From Octopus sinensis (lineage: Eukaryota), in contig NC_043001.1 in NCBI RefSeq assembly GCF_006345805.1, positions 119,660,001 to 119,724,000 on the forward strand: a stretch of DNA of 64,000 bases. Reading direction: 5' to 3'. Both the position numbers and the translations under genes were made by a program. Position 1 is the first letter of the stretch. Each line of letters opens with the position of its first letter. The notes under the pieces are model-generated. The model had not been told where the DNA came from. It saw only the letters and a program-made list of their open reading frames with translations, and did not search any database. Positions 38,489 through 54,671 of the stretch are shown in pieces.

Positions 38489-38874
38489 ATAATAATAATC
38501 ATAATAATAATAATAATAATAATAATACTGATAAATGCCCAGATGCAGTACCAGGCAGTGGCTCTCATGGCTCCTGATCATGTACATTATTTTGTCTTGG
38601 TACAAAAAATGGGCTACAGCAAATATTCTGCTCAATACCACAGACTTGCTTGTCAGTTGCTTGACCTTAACCAGGGAAGTATAAATTTGTTTGTTAGTTC
38701 ATATGTATATGATTTTGTTGTGAACCTTTTGTATCTTGCATTCTCATTGTTTTGCAGTTGGCTTCAGTTGAAATTCTAGTTTTTATAAGGGTTAGAATTA
38801 TTTACGAAGTATATAGTGGCTTTGTTGCATATACCATATGTATATATACATATATACAAAGATAAACATTATAC

Positions 38875-38911
<37 letters not shown>

Positions 38912-38923
38912 AAGATAAACATT

Positions 38924-38976
<53 letters not shown>

Positions 38977-39017
38977 TACAAAAATCTACATTATACGTAT
39001 ATATATACATACACATA

Positions 39018-39084
<67 letters not shown>

Positions 39085-39299
39085 TTTTGAGATATAGATT
39101 GGTGTGCCAAAGAATATTTTGCCGACAGTTTTGGAAAAGAAAGAACAATGAACAGAAAAATGAGTGTGCATATAGACTTTTTCAGTTATTACTCTTCCCA
39201 ACTCTAATATATCATGTGTGTGTGTGCGTATGTGTGTGTGTTTGTATACGTATGTATGTATGTGTGCATGTGTGTGTGTGTATACATAAATATATATAT

Positions 39300-39600
39300 A
39301 TATATAAAAAATGCAAAATGGGACAAGAACGCAAAGCATCTGGACAGATAGGTGATACAAGAATGAGATAAAATATCCAGATAGACGATACAAAGAAATG
39401 AAGGACAAGTCATTCGATGTTTTTGAGTACCAGATTATCTTCACAATTTTGATTATACTCGAGATTGCTCCGATCTGGCCAGTCCCAAGGAAAAACTAAG
39501 CTAAGAGCATTAGATTCCTTGGAAGAAAGCAGCAAATGTATACAAAAACAAGGACAGAAAAAAAAGGAGAATGTTACACAAATACAATAAAAATAATACC
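39300..39600. repeat. Copy of the 27523-27790 repeat family
   Basis: Shares GGGACAAGAAyGCAAA and GAGATTGCTCC.ATCTGGCCAG.CCCAAG.AAAAACTAAGCTAAG...TTAGATTCCTTGGAAGAAAGC. Confidence 0.75.
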
Positions 39601-41140
39601 AAGACATAACAACTTATATATATATATAGTTAGACAGACAGACAGACAGACAGGTAGATAGATAGATAGATAGATACATACATACATACATACGTACATA
39701 CATACATACATACATACATACATACATACATACATACATACATACATACATACATACATACATACATACATACATACATACATACATACATAGATAAACA
39801 CTAATGGGTTCATATTAGTAGCTCCAGTTCTCAGAAGCTATGAGATTTGCTTTGTATGTAAACAGATTGACTGCTTATTTTTGTAGGATTACTAATATGA
39901 TGTAGACATCTCTGATGAGATCCCAGTATGGATTAAAAGTTGATTAAGGCTATTCATCATTTCTTTTTTATGTATGGAGAATTAATTAAGGTTTGTATGT
40001 TTGTGTGTGTCTATTATGTAGATTAATATATGCAATATATGTATATATTTGTATATGTTTGTATATATATATATATCTTGGCTCTTTTTATATTTCAGAT
40101 GGCTGTACTGACCACATCACCATACAAGTGTGCATTCTATGTGGGCTGTGCCAACCAAGACATGGCTCCCAATTTATAAAGTGGAGAGGTCCCTTGAGTA
40201 ATTAAAGATAAATCTTTTATATTCAAAAAAAAAAATTCTTTTTTGAAAACAACATTAAAAAAAGAAACAAAATTTGTTGACAAAAGCAAACAAAAACAAG
40301 AAAAATTATCAAAAGAAGATATGTCTTCTTTTTAAAGTGGATGATTTTTCAATCCTTTACCCATGAGGCCTTTTAACGCTCCAATAATATCAATATGAAA
40401 AACTTATACATCAAATATAACAAAACATAAAGGAATTTCCTAAAATAACAAATGGCAAAAAAAAGGAAAAAAAAGAAGAAAGCACTGCAAAGACTGACTA
40501 AAACTTATTTAAAAAACAATACAAAATCAAAGCAACAACCACAAAAAAAAACTAATAAAAACTGTCAGTATCGCAGCAGTCAAGTAATGAAGGGCAGAAT
40601 ATATTTACATTTAATAATTTTCAAATACGGACAATATGATATATAAGAATTGCTTCAAGCACTTATATTAACTTATAACCAGATATGAATGATCTAATAG
40701 ATTGGAAATATCTCGAAAATAAAAAAATTCTAAAATAACATTGATATTAAATAATTTAACCTCACAAGTTGAATGAACAACTTTCTGTAAGATCTTTAAA
40801 AATGAAAAAAGTAATAAGATTTGTATAGCAATCAAATTTTAGGGAAATTAATATGTAACAAAACACCGGATAATGTCTATGATTATATAAACAACAAAAA
40901 AAATTGAAAAATTAAGAAGAAACAAAAATTAAAGATAAATTGCCATTAAAAAAATGGGTAACTTGCATAAAATGAAGTAGATTTGGTTTTATTTAAAAGA
41001 AAATAATGGATTTATATGTGTCCATATATACAAACATTTATATATATGAATAAATATAGGTATATATGTATGGTTATATGTACATATGTATACATATATG
41101 TATGATATATGTATATATGTATGTGTATATATATATATAT

Positions 41141-41191
<51 letters not shown>

Positions 41192-41448
41192 GCATATATA
41201 TCTATATATATATACATATATACATATATTCAAGAATACATATATATATATTATGCTTATAATATGCATATATACGTATATATAATATATATAATGTGTA
41301 ATTTCATATATATAAAGATATGTATTTATGTATATATGTGTGTGTGGGTGTTTGTATATTTATGCGTGTGTGTGTATGTGTGTGTGTGTTTGTAAATATG
41401 AATGTAAATGAATGTGTACATATATATATGTTTAATATATGTATGTGA

Positions 41449-41506
<58 letters not shown>

Positions 41507-41619
41507 TATATACATACATATGTATCTAGGTACACACAAACACATACACATATATAAATAAATGTAATTATATATGTATATATTCATACATACAGGCATA
41601 CATACACACACTCACATAC

Positions 41620-41650
<31 letters not shown>

Positions 41651-42054
41651 TTTAGAAGAAATAAAACTTCTAAGATATATATATATATAAATATACACAC
41701 ACACTCACACATACAGATATATACACACTCACACACACAGATATACACACACTCCCACACACAGATATATTCATATATTCATATATACATAGGTATAATG
41801 AAAAATATAAGAGAGAGTGTGAGTTTATGAAATAATTGTTCAATATCATATGCATATATCAATATATAGAGGGCAGAATAAATGTACTCATGTATGTACA
41901 TTTTTATACATCACATCATTTACAGATAGCTACATGTTTACTCACACATGTACACGCAAACAGACACACACACAAACACACACGCATACATATATCAATG
42001 TGCTTTTCATGGTATGTGTAACTTTATGTGTGTCTCTGTGTGTGCATATCTTCG

Positions 42055-42094
<40 letters not shown>

Positions 42095-42203
42095 AATGTA
42101 TGTACGTATGTTGGGATGTATATTTGTTCATATGCTTGTATGTACATGTATATATGCGTATATATATAATATATATATATATATATAGTATATATATATA
42201 TAA

Positions 42204-42265
<62 letters not shown>

Positions 42266-43610
42266 CAATGTACACAGTAGAAAGACCCATCATGCTACTA
42301 ATAGTTACTTGCATTGGAGACATGTGTCTAAGCCGGTTTTTATAACACGTCTTGTGTCTCTAAGCAATTTTCAGGTTCTGAATACACGTTATATGCCTTT
42401 TGAAAATCAGGACACTGGTATATGGAAATCATGAGAAAAAAATGAAAAGGGGAAGGGTGAATAGAAACAGAAAAAGAAAAAGAAAAGAAAGGAATTTAGA
42501 GTTTATATCCTCTGTGACTGTAAAGGCCATAATTAAACTAGTTGTAGAACAAATAAGCGTAGATGGGCCCAAAGTCTACAAGATAGCTGATCAATCTGGA
42601 AAGGATGTACACCACACTTTTGGGTTAGGGTTAGGGTTAGAAGATAGTCTATCTGCAAATCTATAGCCAGTAAGTCAACTAGCCATGTATGGGGTTTGAA
42701 GACCAAATGCACACCACATATAATGAAGAGGAGAATCCTAGAGAAATCCTTGCCATATGCAAAAGGTTCTAAGAAATGTAACTTATGCATAGATAAAAGA
42801 TGACTCATTATTTGTAGACCTAAGAATTCCACTGCACTATATAATTTCAGATCTGAAATTTTCAGCAAATGCAAACATATGCACAAATTTCTTTTGACAA
42901 ACTAGAGGACAGTCCACTCTCTAGATTTTAGCAGCTGACTAAAAACATTTGGCCCTCTCTCCATTTAACTCTTTCACAACAACTGGCTTTATTTTAGCTT
43001 TTATGGTCAAAGGGGATGTAACTCTTTTTTTTTTTCATTTTTAGTGTTTGCTTTTTCTATTCTTATTCACACTTCCAATTTTTCACAAACTATAGTCTCC
43101 ATTTTACCTTCTGATTTCTCATGTACCCATGTCCTGATTTTCAGATAGAAGAGCTTATGTGTACAGAGGTAGCAGTTTCCTTGTAGGCACAAAGCATGTT
43201 ACAAAAGCCTGCCTAGACATATGTCTCCGAAGTTTGTACCTTTATACTGTGTACATCAGATGTTATTTATTTCTCATTTGATGAGAGATAACTTTCAGGA
43301 TATATACATATATATATATATATCATGCCACCACGTAAGGTGGACATTAAACAATGATGATGATGATATATATATATTTACAAACATATTTATGTATAGA
43401 CATACATACATATGCATATACACATACATATATATATTTATGTATATATATATATATTTATTTATGCATATATAAATTATATATATATATATATGCACAC
43501 ACACACATACATATACTTACACACACACTCATACATGCACACATTTATATATATACATATGCATACATTTGTACATACATACTTATATATATATATTCAT
43601 ATATATACTG

Positions 43611-43660
<50 letters not shown>

Positions 43661-44833
43661 GTATGTACGTATGTATGTATGTATGTATGTAAGTATATGT
43701 ATTTATATATAGATTTGAATATATACATCGTGAGTGGAAACTAGTAAAGTGAAGTATATGTGTGTTCATGTACATACATGTTCATGAGCACCAGTGTGGC
43801 CATAGTCAAATGATTGAAACAAGTAAAAGAATATATATCTATATGAAATTATTTCTTATCCATATATACATAATTATGTACGTATTGTTCTGTAAAGTAT
43901 AAAGATATGTGTGTGTGTGTGTGTGTGTACATATACATACATGTATATAAGCATATATAATTGTATATATATTTATTCATATATACATATACAATTATAG
44001 GCATATATCTTAAGATGTTTATATATATATATATATTTATAAAAACTCACGCACACGCAAACATATACAAACACACACATATGCAGATATGTATGTGTAT
44101 TTATATATATATACACACAAATACACATACGTAATGTCAATATATATACATACATATATACACATATATGTATATATGTATGTATATATATATATGCATA
44201 TATCTAAACAAACAAATATATATGTATGTGTGTGTGTGTGTATGTACTGCAATATATATATTCTATGATAGAGATACAAACATATTTCTGAATATATATA
44301 CATATATATATATATATATACTTGTATGTGTACATATGTGTGTGTGCATGTGTGTATGCATGTGTATGTTCATGCATGTATATGTGCATGCATGTGTGTG
44401 TATAAATCTTTTATATTTATGTCTTATGAAGCCAAAATAATGCATGGTATAAAAAGTAATACAAGTTGATGGTTTATAATTTTACACAGTATTTCAATAA
44501 CAATTCCACATGAGGAATCCCCATTCAACAAATCTTCCAAATAATGATGCTGTAAGCTGATTTCTGTAACACCGCACACCACAGAAGTCATTGCACGATG
44601 CCATCTCCCCAAAAATTTCATAGAGAATAAGGCCTAGACCACAACTACTCAATGCAAACCATTGACTTGTATAATTTCTTCAAACTTGCATGGATAAATA
44701 AGAAAAAAGATTTATATATACATATACATTACACAATGCTTCATGCACAATATACTACAAGAAACCATGTATGTATGTATTTATATCTTTCTTTGTGTGT
44801 ATATACATGCATACTTACTACATGCATACACAT

Positions 44834-44893
<60 letters not shown>

Positions 44894-45139
44894 GGTATAC
44901 ATATATATATATGCACACACACATATATGTATACGTATATATATATACGTAATGTACATAGTTTATACATATGCATATATATGATTTAAAAATACCATAA
45001 TTTGGATTGACTTCATTATTACAACTGCAGACATTTCAATATATAATGATATACATATATGTATATATCTGTATACGTATCTGTTTGCATCTTTGTATGT
45101 ACGTATTTACATGTATGTGTGTGTGTGCATATATATATG

Positions 45140-45171
<32 letters not shown>

Positions 45172-45175
45172 AATT

Positions 45176-45217
<42 letters not shown>

Positions 45218-45258
45218 AAGAAAGACAGACAGACAGACGGTTAGATACATCGATAGAG

Positions 45259-45335
<77 letters not shown>

Positions 45336-45607
45336 TATAGATGGATATATATATTTGCGTGCATATGTAACTGTTCCTATAAGCATATGTATATTCAGAT
45401 GTATAAATATGTAATATGTAAGCATGTATCTGTAAGTATGGGTATACATAAATATATACATTTTTACAAAAACAACAGTTTAATGACAAAAGCATATATA
45501 GAAACAGATACAACTATATATGTGGCCATATAACATTATATGTATGTTTGTATAAATGTATATCTATATCTAGATATATATATACATACATATATATAAT
45601 ATATATA

Positions 45608-45670
<63 letters not shown>

Positions 45671-45946
45671 GATCTTTAAGTTTCCCCACATATATAAAGA
45701 TGTTAATACATAAGTGTATATATAATATATATATATATGTATATATGTATGTATAAATTATTAATAAATAATTATAATATATATATATATATAATATCTA
45801 TATATCTATAAATTATTAATAAATAAATATTAATGCAAATTACTTGTTCTACATCAATGTTATCTCCCTTTTCTGTGTACTTTATATATATGTATATATA
45901 TATAATATATGTATGTATGTATATATATATATATATATTATATATA

Positions 45947-45985
<39 letters not shown>

Positions 45986-46264
45986 TATATACTATATATA
46001 TATATATATAATATATATATATATATTATCTTATACATATATACATATATGTACATATAAATATAAGATAGATTGATCATATATATATTGAAATAGATAG
46101 AACATATATATATGTGTGTATATATATACATACATATGTATGTGTGTGTATATATATATATATTGTATAGTCATATATATACATGTATATACAACCATAG
46201 AAATATATATATATTTTTGAGTGCATGTTTGTGTGTGTGTCTGTGTACACATGTGCTTCTATAT

Positions 46265-46303
<39 letters not shown>

Positions 46304-48181
46304 CACATTTACAGATATATATTTAATATGCATATCTATATAGATGGATGCACATGAAAGTACTATACAGAACTATACAATGTATATCACCATCATATAC
46401 ATATATATGTATATATATATATATATTTATATACACATGCACATATATATTTATATATATATATATACATGTATATACTTATATATCTTCAATTATATTT
46501 GTACATATAAATTTTATATATATATACATATATATATATATATTTATATATATATATCAAGTGAAAGTGATGGTCAAATATGTGTATATGGTATTATACT
46601 ATACATACATTTATATCATTTGTAACTTTTCCTTTTTAATATGACCACAAATATACTTGGCAAAGATATGTTTTATCTCAAACCATATATTGTTGGCTAA
46701 ATATACTTACATCTACATTTATGTAATATCTTTTATAAATGATATAAATGAAATAATGACATATATATATATATAATGACATATATATATATATAATTGC
46801 TCACAATCCCTCTTTTATTAACAGGCTCGAGCTATACTTTTCTTATAGCCATCTCTTGTCACATAGAATTATTTCTACATTGATTAGAAGATTGGAATTT
46901 AAGTGTCTGGACTTGTCTGAGCACTACCCTGTTCTTCACATGTTATATCCCTATATTACTAAATTCTCACCCACCATACATGCATACACACACACACACA
47001 TATATATACACATGTATATATATGTATGTATATATCTGTGAAAAGCACACACACACACATACATGTATAAAGATATAACATTCATACATATACATACATA
47101 TATATATATATATATGATGCCTGTTTCATTCAGAAATGCATGTATATATATACATGCATACATACATACTTAGTTATTTATATCCAAGTGTTTTGTTATT
47201 TTTAATAAGAAGATACTACAGTGTGAATCAACTACCACCAGTTTTGGAAAGTTGAAGCACATGGAAATTATTGCTGATTAAAAATAATAATATATATGTA
47301 TTGGCTTACATTTATACAGTTTGTTGTATGGAACACATGTAACTCTTTAACTAGTCTCAGCTCGAAAGTTTATGTTTGCATAAGTACAAAATCATATGTA
47401 TATATCAGTATTTATTTAGATGAAAGTATACATTTATGTATAAACACGCATACACTTAAGTGGACATGCACATATATATTAATATATACATATATATATA
47501 TATCTATATATATGTATATATATGTGTGTATATGTATATGTATTTATATATTATATATATATATATGTATATATAGACATATATACATATATATATGCAT
47601 ATACATATATCTCAACAATAAATACATACATATATATACATATATATATATATAAACGTATAAATATAAATGTACATATATATAAATATATATATATACG
47701 TATATAAATATGTATATAAATATATACATACATATGTAAATACATATGTGTGCATGTGTCTGTGTATTTATGTATGTATATATGTATGTATGTATATATA
47801 TGCATACATATATATATGATAACTCTGTGGATATTCCACGTTTATTTAGAAACAAATAATCATGTATTAAAGATCAATATTGTATTTTAGAGGCTTTTAT
47901 GTATATATGAGTATTATTTCAATCATTTACAAGCTGGTGATGAAGAATATTTTTTCATTAAAGGAAGTCCTCTTTTAGTTCTCACACCTATAAACGCTAA
48001 TGACATACGCACATATACACCTGCACCCGACATTGTCAGAAAAATATATATACATTTTCATATTTATGTGTGTATATCAGTATGCTACAGTGGCATTCGC
48101 TTATATGTGAGTGTGTGTATGTATTTGTGGTGTCTGTTTGAATCTGTCACTCTCTCTCTTCTCTTCTCTCTCTCTCTCCTG

Positions 48182-48234
<53 letters not shown>

Positions 48235-48850
48235 ACTCCTGCATATTTTTCATCTCCTTTCCACATTGTGACAGATTTTTTACACCACAGGAATTTAACA
48301 TTAGCACTTTAATGTAATATATACAAGCATTATATACATATTTGTACATTTATTTTGATATATAGCCTTTGTATTCAAGAGATGGGCATATGGAATGCAT
48401 ACATATGCCACAAGCTATATATTAATATACTTCTCAAATGCACACTTTTTCCTCTCTCTCTTTTTATCTCTCGGTCTATATATCTATATATCTATCTATA
48501 TATTTGCCTATCTATCCAGCTACCTATCTATCTATATACATACATAAATACATACACATACACACAGCCAGCACCCCCCCCACACACACACACATGCTCA
48601 CAAACATAGATATATGAATATATACATATGTACACATGTACATACATGTGTGTTTTGTTTAGTATATATTTACATACATTATTTCATGCACACATATATG
48701 TCTACTTATATGTGTATACATATATACATACACATACACACACGCACACACATGACACACATATATGTACATGTGTGTTTACTTGTTTTTACTTTTACAT
48801 ATGCACACATTCTAGCACATCCCACCCCACGTATATGTGTATGGTGTGTA

Positions 48851-48907
<57 letters not shown>

Positions 48908-49122
48908 CTATATATATTATATACAATACATACATATACATATATACTCAAATATAAATATGTATAAGTATATATGCATTTTTTACATATATGTTACATA
49001 TTCTCATACATGTATTCATACAGCTATATATTTATATATTTATATTCATATGTATCTATCTGTCTTTGTATCTGTCAATCAACTTATATACATGCATTAC
49101 ATATATATGTGTATATACATAC

Positions 49123-49161
<39 letters not shown>

Positions 49162-49878
49162 CATATACACACATATATATACATACAATTAATGAGTTTG
49201 AAAATGGAGAGATTCAATGGATAGAAATTAATTTATTAATTAATGAACATTCCCTACAATTGTTTCACTTTACATCCAATTTAGATTACAAAACAAATAC
49301 AATAATATAAGTTTGCATTTTGAGTATCCTGGGTGAAAGATCTTTGATGGCAAAATGGACATTACAGAGCTTACATTTTTATCAGATGAAATACTCCAAC
49401 ATATATAAGTACGTATATGTTTATAAATACATACATGTATATACTTGTATGTATTTATGTCTTTGTATATGTGTATTCAATGTGTATATATATTTATATG
49501 CAAATATATCTATATACACTCATATATATATATATAATGTATATATATATATATATGCATATATATATATTTATATAGAAAATATATGTGTGTGTTTTGT
49601 GTGTGCATGTGTGTGTAGGTCTCTGTAGGGAGAGAGAAAGAGGTAAGAAAGAGAGACAGATGTGTATGTGTGTATGTATGCATCTACGATTATTTATGAA
49701 AATCAGTTTCAATTTTCTCATGTCTGTACACGATGTGTTCATTCGTTGGTTGTAAATTAATGGTTTGCTGACATTGACATTTGCTTGCTGTCTCAGATAT
49801 TTGACAGGTCCTGACGTGTTTCATGAATGTTGTAAAAAAGAATCACTTATTTTGGTGGCGTTCTTCTTACTTTTCCAG

Positions 49879-49953
49879 TTCTCCATGAAAACATGTCGGG
49901 GCTGTTTACTGCTGTTAGACTGGGAGATCATTTCTTCACTACTAAAATAGTTG
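49879..49953 (+). CDS. Candidate 75-nt phase-1/phase-1 exon
   Basis: Strong acceptor TTCTTCTTACTTTTCCAG| and donor G|GTATTT. It reads [24 protein letters not shown] and is a complex island within microsatellite DNA. Confidence 0.4.
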
Positions 49954-50197
49954 GTATTTTGTAACAAAACAGGACATACTCTCAAGTGACTCATGCAATC
50001 ATGGAAAGGCAGACATAAGGATAACAATTATAATGATGATATATATGTGTGTGTATATATATATCATATATATTTATATATATATATATGTATGTATATA
50101 TGTATATATATCATACATGCATATATATGTATGTATGTATGTATGTATATATGTATATATATCATACATACATATATGTATGTATATATATATATAT

Positions 50198-50247
<50 letters not shown>

Positions 50248-50755
50248 ATATGTATATATATCATACATGCATATATATGTATGTATGTATATATGTATAT
50301 ATATCATACATACATATATGTATGTATATATATATATATACATATATATATACATACATATATATATATATATATATACATACATACATACATACATACA
50401 TACATACATACATACATACATGCATACATACATACATACATGCATTCATGCATACATACATGCATAAATACATACATGCAGAGAGACATACATTCATATG
50501 CATGCTCACATATATAAGTTCATCTATACAAACATATATGTATACATTCATGTGTACATACCCATATATGTGCATGTATGTGTGTGTGTGTGCATCTTCA
50601 TATATATATATGTGTGTGTGGATGTATGTATGTATCTATGCATCTGTAGATACATATATGTATGTATGTATGTATGAATGTATGTATGTATGTATGTATG
50701 TATGCATATACATGTATATATATCTATATATATAGTGAGAGAGGTAAGTAGATAC

Positions 50756-50837
<82 letters not shown>

Positions 50838-51286
50838 TGATAGATAGATAGACAGACAGACAGATAGACAAACATTATTCTTACTATTAATACAATATTA
50901 TATCATATTCTCACGTAGCCAAATTATCAATTGGTCTCATCCGAAATTGAGAACCAACTCCTGGCTTAAAGATATAATATGCTATGAAAATTTTGTTTGA
51001 TGGAGATGTGTATTCTTTGTGGATTATCTAACATCAGAGAATTCCATAGTGTGAAATATATAATGAGTATATATTTATTCTTTAATGATTATTAAATGTG
51101 CAGTGACAGGTTTAGTAGCTATAGAACACAGATCATAAGTGTCCTATTGTTGCCTAAGTATCTCCAAGACAGAAAATTGGTAACTTGCTCATGATGAGTC
51201 TCTAATATAATATAATAATTATATTCATATACACACTCTGTTATCCTTTGTTCCTTTGTTTTGTAACACAAGGCTTCTTAGACAGG

Positions 51287-51344
<58 letters not shown>

Positions 51345-51369
51345 TGTATACATGCATTTAATAAAAGAT

Positions 51370-51650
51370 TATAAATAGATAACTCAATATATGCTTCACA
51401 TGCTTCTATAGGATGGCTATTTATTCATTAATGCATAATATTGCATAATATTGTATTATTTTTACATTATTATATAACTATGAGATAAAATCAGTTGGTA
51501 TAGATTAATTTTGCATGTATTGCCTGATGAAATGGTGTGGTTGTGTAATAATGCATTATTAGGTAATATGTACTGTTATGCAATATTTTGCATTAATGAA
51601 TAAATAGCTATGTTATGAAAACATGTGTACCATAAACTGAGGTATCCATT
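51370..51650. repeat. Old degenerate palindrome
   Basis: GCTATTTATTCATTAATGCATAATATTGCATAA (~51416-51448) pairs with ~51577-51608 (1 mismatch). Weaker pairing extends both ways. Confidence 0.7.
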
Positions 51651-51907
51651 GACATTGTTTTATTTTTTTATACACCACATATAATGAGCAGCTTTTGACC
51701 TTACGCATAGGAATTTACAGAAAGTTTAGCACCATTATACAACTGTTAGCATTGTACTACTTGCTATACTGACCAGTTGACTGATAGCATGCATTAATGC
51801 ATTCTTCCTTAGTTACCCTGTCAGCCAAATATACATTGGTGTGTGACCAAGTTAATTCCCAGAATTACTTAGATCCCTAGTACTTGATACATACATGCAT
51901 ATATTCA

Positions 51908-51949
<42 letters not shown>

Positions 51950-52558
51950 TACATATACATATACTGTTTTGTTATATATATTTATATATTTACATATATA
52001 TTTTTATACATATATAAATGTATATACATGTATATACAAATATATGTATATATACACACACACACACCACATACACATACACACATATATATATTCATAT
52101 GTGCATATATGTTTACCTATATATATATGTGTGTGTATGTATGAGTATGTAAATGCATATACTCATTTATATATATTTATGTATACGTATCTATGATTGT
52201 CCTCATTATATGATTCCATATGTGTTAGAGTGATCATCACAGTCAAAGATGCCATCCACTGGAAGTTATTGTCTCCTGTCTAAATGGTTGTATATGTCAT
52301 TTACCTTGATTTTGATAGCTGAATCCCCTTTGTTATGCCAACTACTTTCAAGCCTGTATTGGGTACATCTTTTCCTCATGATACCATTACTAGATAACCT
52401 GAACTGTCCTCGATAAGGCAAGACTGCAGGGCCTTCATATCATTATGCTTTCTCTCCTTATTTACTCAACCTCAGAGAATAGAAAGAGGTGGCTGGCAGC
52501 ACAGCACAGTGAAGAATGTATTTGGTGATGATTATTGTGGCCCAATACATTCTCTTAA

Positions 52559-52780
52559 CCCTTTTGTTACCAACATGGCAGAAACTGGCTCTGGCTCTGT
52601 AGTACAAATGTCTTGTTTTCATAAGTTTTGAATTAAAATCTTCCACCAAACCTTAGTTACAATTTATGTTCCTAACACTAGCTGAATGATAACTAAGTTA
52701 TTTTACTAAATTCTTTGTTATATTTAAAGTAATTGAAAGGAACACAGAGCATCTCAAAATAAGTACAGTAACAAAAAGGG
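52559..52780. mobile_element. piggyBac-like MITE (222 bp)
   Basis: TTAA|CCCTTTTGTTAC ... GTAACAAAAAGGG|TTAA. Confidence 0.85.
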
Positions 52781-52871
52781 TTAAAGTGGGCAGAGTGATG
52801 GGTCTCATTTGAACAGCATCAGGAGGTAAAATGAGATGCGATATGCAGAGCACTGAGTGATAAGGTGGACT

Positions 52872-53098
52872 CAGTGATTCCCAACATGAGGCATATGCTC
52901 CACCAGTGAGTCCTTGAAATTTTGTTGGGCTGTGGGGTCCAAAAGTTTTTCCTTCCTTTTTTTTTTCTAGTGGGACATAAAATTGTGAAAATCATTTTTT
53001 TTTCACTGCAAACATACTACACCTATTTTTTTTCCCAACCATTGATGAAGCATATATTTTTCTGAAAAGTTATAGTGAAAACCGGTTAGAAAACACTG
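52872..53098. mobile_element. Possible hAT-like MITE
   Basis: Imperfect TIRs CAGTGATTCCCAAC / GTTAGAAAACACTG. No 8-bp TSD is visible. Confidence 0.4.
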
Positions 53099-53629
53099 GT
53101 ATAACCTTTAAACACTATCCTGGAGTTGGACTATATGTTGCTCTGAATGGATGGAATTGGCGAGCAAGAGGAATGACATCAGGATGAAGAGAACAAGGTT
53201 GGTAGAAGGAGCAAGACTATAAGAAAGCAGGATACATAGGGATGGTATCAGGAGGAAAGTGATTGGCCATAGCAGAGGTTCCCATTGGTGAGGAAGGCTC
53301 GGTGTCTGATGGAAAAAGATAGGGGTATTAGGGTAAGTCGGTGTGCATGGGAGGTATTTGCAATAACAGAGATGGACAAAACTAGAGGTGAGTGATAAGA
53401 TAAAAGCAATGGGTGGCAAGAGAAGCACTTCAGAGGAGACAAAGTGCCAGATGGAAACATAGCATGCAGAAATGAGTGTATTAGAATGATGGTGGTCTAA
53501 TACTGACTACTATATAGGCCTAGTGAAGGGCAAGTGGGTAGAGTGATGTGAATGTACAGTTGTAAAGGGGATAAAAGATGGAGGAGGGACTGGAGTGAAA
53601 AGGAAACAGAGAGAAAGGGTGTGGTTCAG

Positions 53630-53915
53630 GCAATAGACTTTGTTAAGTTTACCTTGAAGACTCTTGATTCTAGGTTTAGCTTCCAAGCCTAGAATTAATC
53701 TTTAATTCTGCTCTAGATTCAGCAGTAAGAACCAGATCATCAGCAAAGAGGAGTCCTGGTGGACAACCAGTTTTAGTTGCCAGTAGATTACTGAGCATGG
53801 TACCCAATCAAAAGCTTTCTTCAAGTCAATGTATATGAAGTATAGTCATTTACTCTTAGCTAAGAAATTGTACTCTAATTGTCTCACTTCAAAGATGGCA
53901 TCTGTGACACCCCTT
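53630..53915 (-). mobile_element. Internally deleted RTE RT fragment
   Basis: TDAIFEVRQL...YIDLKKAFDWVP, then a frameshifted LLFADDL-type segment. Confidence 0.6.
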
Positions 53916-54626
53916 CTGGGTATAAAAATGAACTGTACTTCATTTAAACTATTCAACTATAGTAGTGAGAACTATTCAACCATTGTAATGTTGGTCTAAA
54001 AGAGAATGCTTATAATACACACTGTAAAGTGGCTGGCATAAAAAATACCTTCCAGCCACCGAGAATAAGCCAAATACCAGGTGAGAGCAATTAATCCTTA
54101 GATGGAATAGCTCCCAATAGGGTGACTTTGATCATGAAAACTCACCAAACTTATTCCAGCATAGAATGCAAACATAAAATAATGAGGATTCATATACAGA
54201 TATTTACAATATCAATGGTAGTGCTCCATCATGACCACAGCTTTCAAGCAGAAACTAATTAGAGTTAAAAGTATACATGTATGCATGTATGTATACATGT
54301 GAATGTTTGGACATATATATATGTATGCAGCAATATATGATATGCACATATATATGTATACGGCAGAATCATTAGCATGCTGAACAAAATGCTTTGAGCT
54401 ATTTCTTCCAACTTCACAACCTGTATTTTAAATAGGGCCATGAATGAATGTTGCTGTGCATCATTTCAGAGTTGATAAAAAAATACCAGTTGAACACTGG
54501 GATCAATGAAACCATATGTATATAGTATATGCATATATAATATATATACATATATATAATATAACTATATATGTATATATACTTATATACCTATATATAA
54601 CTATATATAATTATATGTATATATAA

Positions 54627-54671
<45 letters not shown>

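Larger units (their letters stand above)
38820..52200. repeat. Microsatellite-dominated low-complexity zone ((TA)n, (TACA)n, (TG)n, (GATA)n)
   Basis: Read directly. Nearly all ORFs here are IY/YI/CV repeats. Confidence 0.95.

Noticed and set aside
40079-40190. Possible exon after TTTCAG
   Set aside because: The acceptor is good but the donor is poor, and the reading frame is ambiguous.
46825-46980. Phase-2 exon LELYFSYSHLLSHRIIST… that would follow 28924
   Set aside because: No credible donor was found, and the link depends on the unproven frameshift.
53100-53620. Purine-rich block as a decayed Penelope RT
   Set aside because: The similarity is by eye only and too weak to call.
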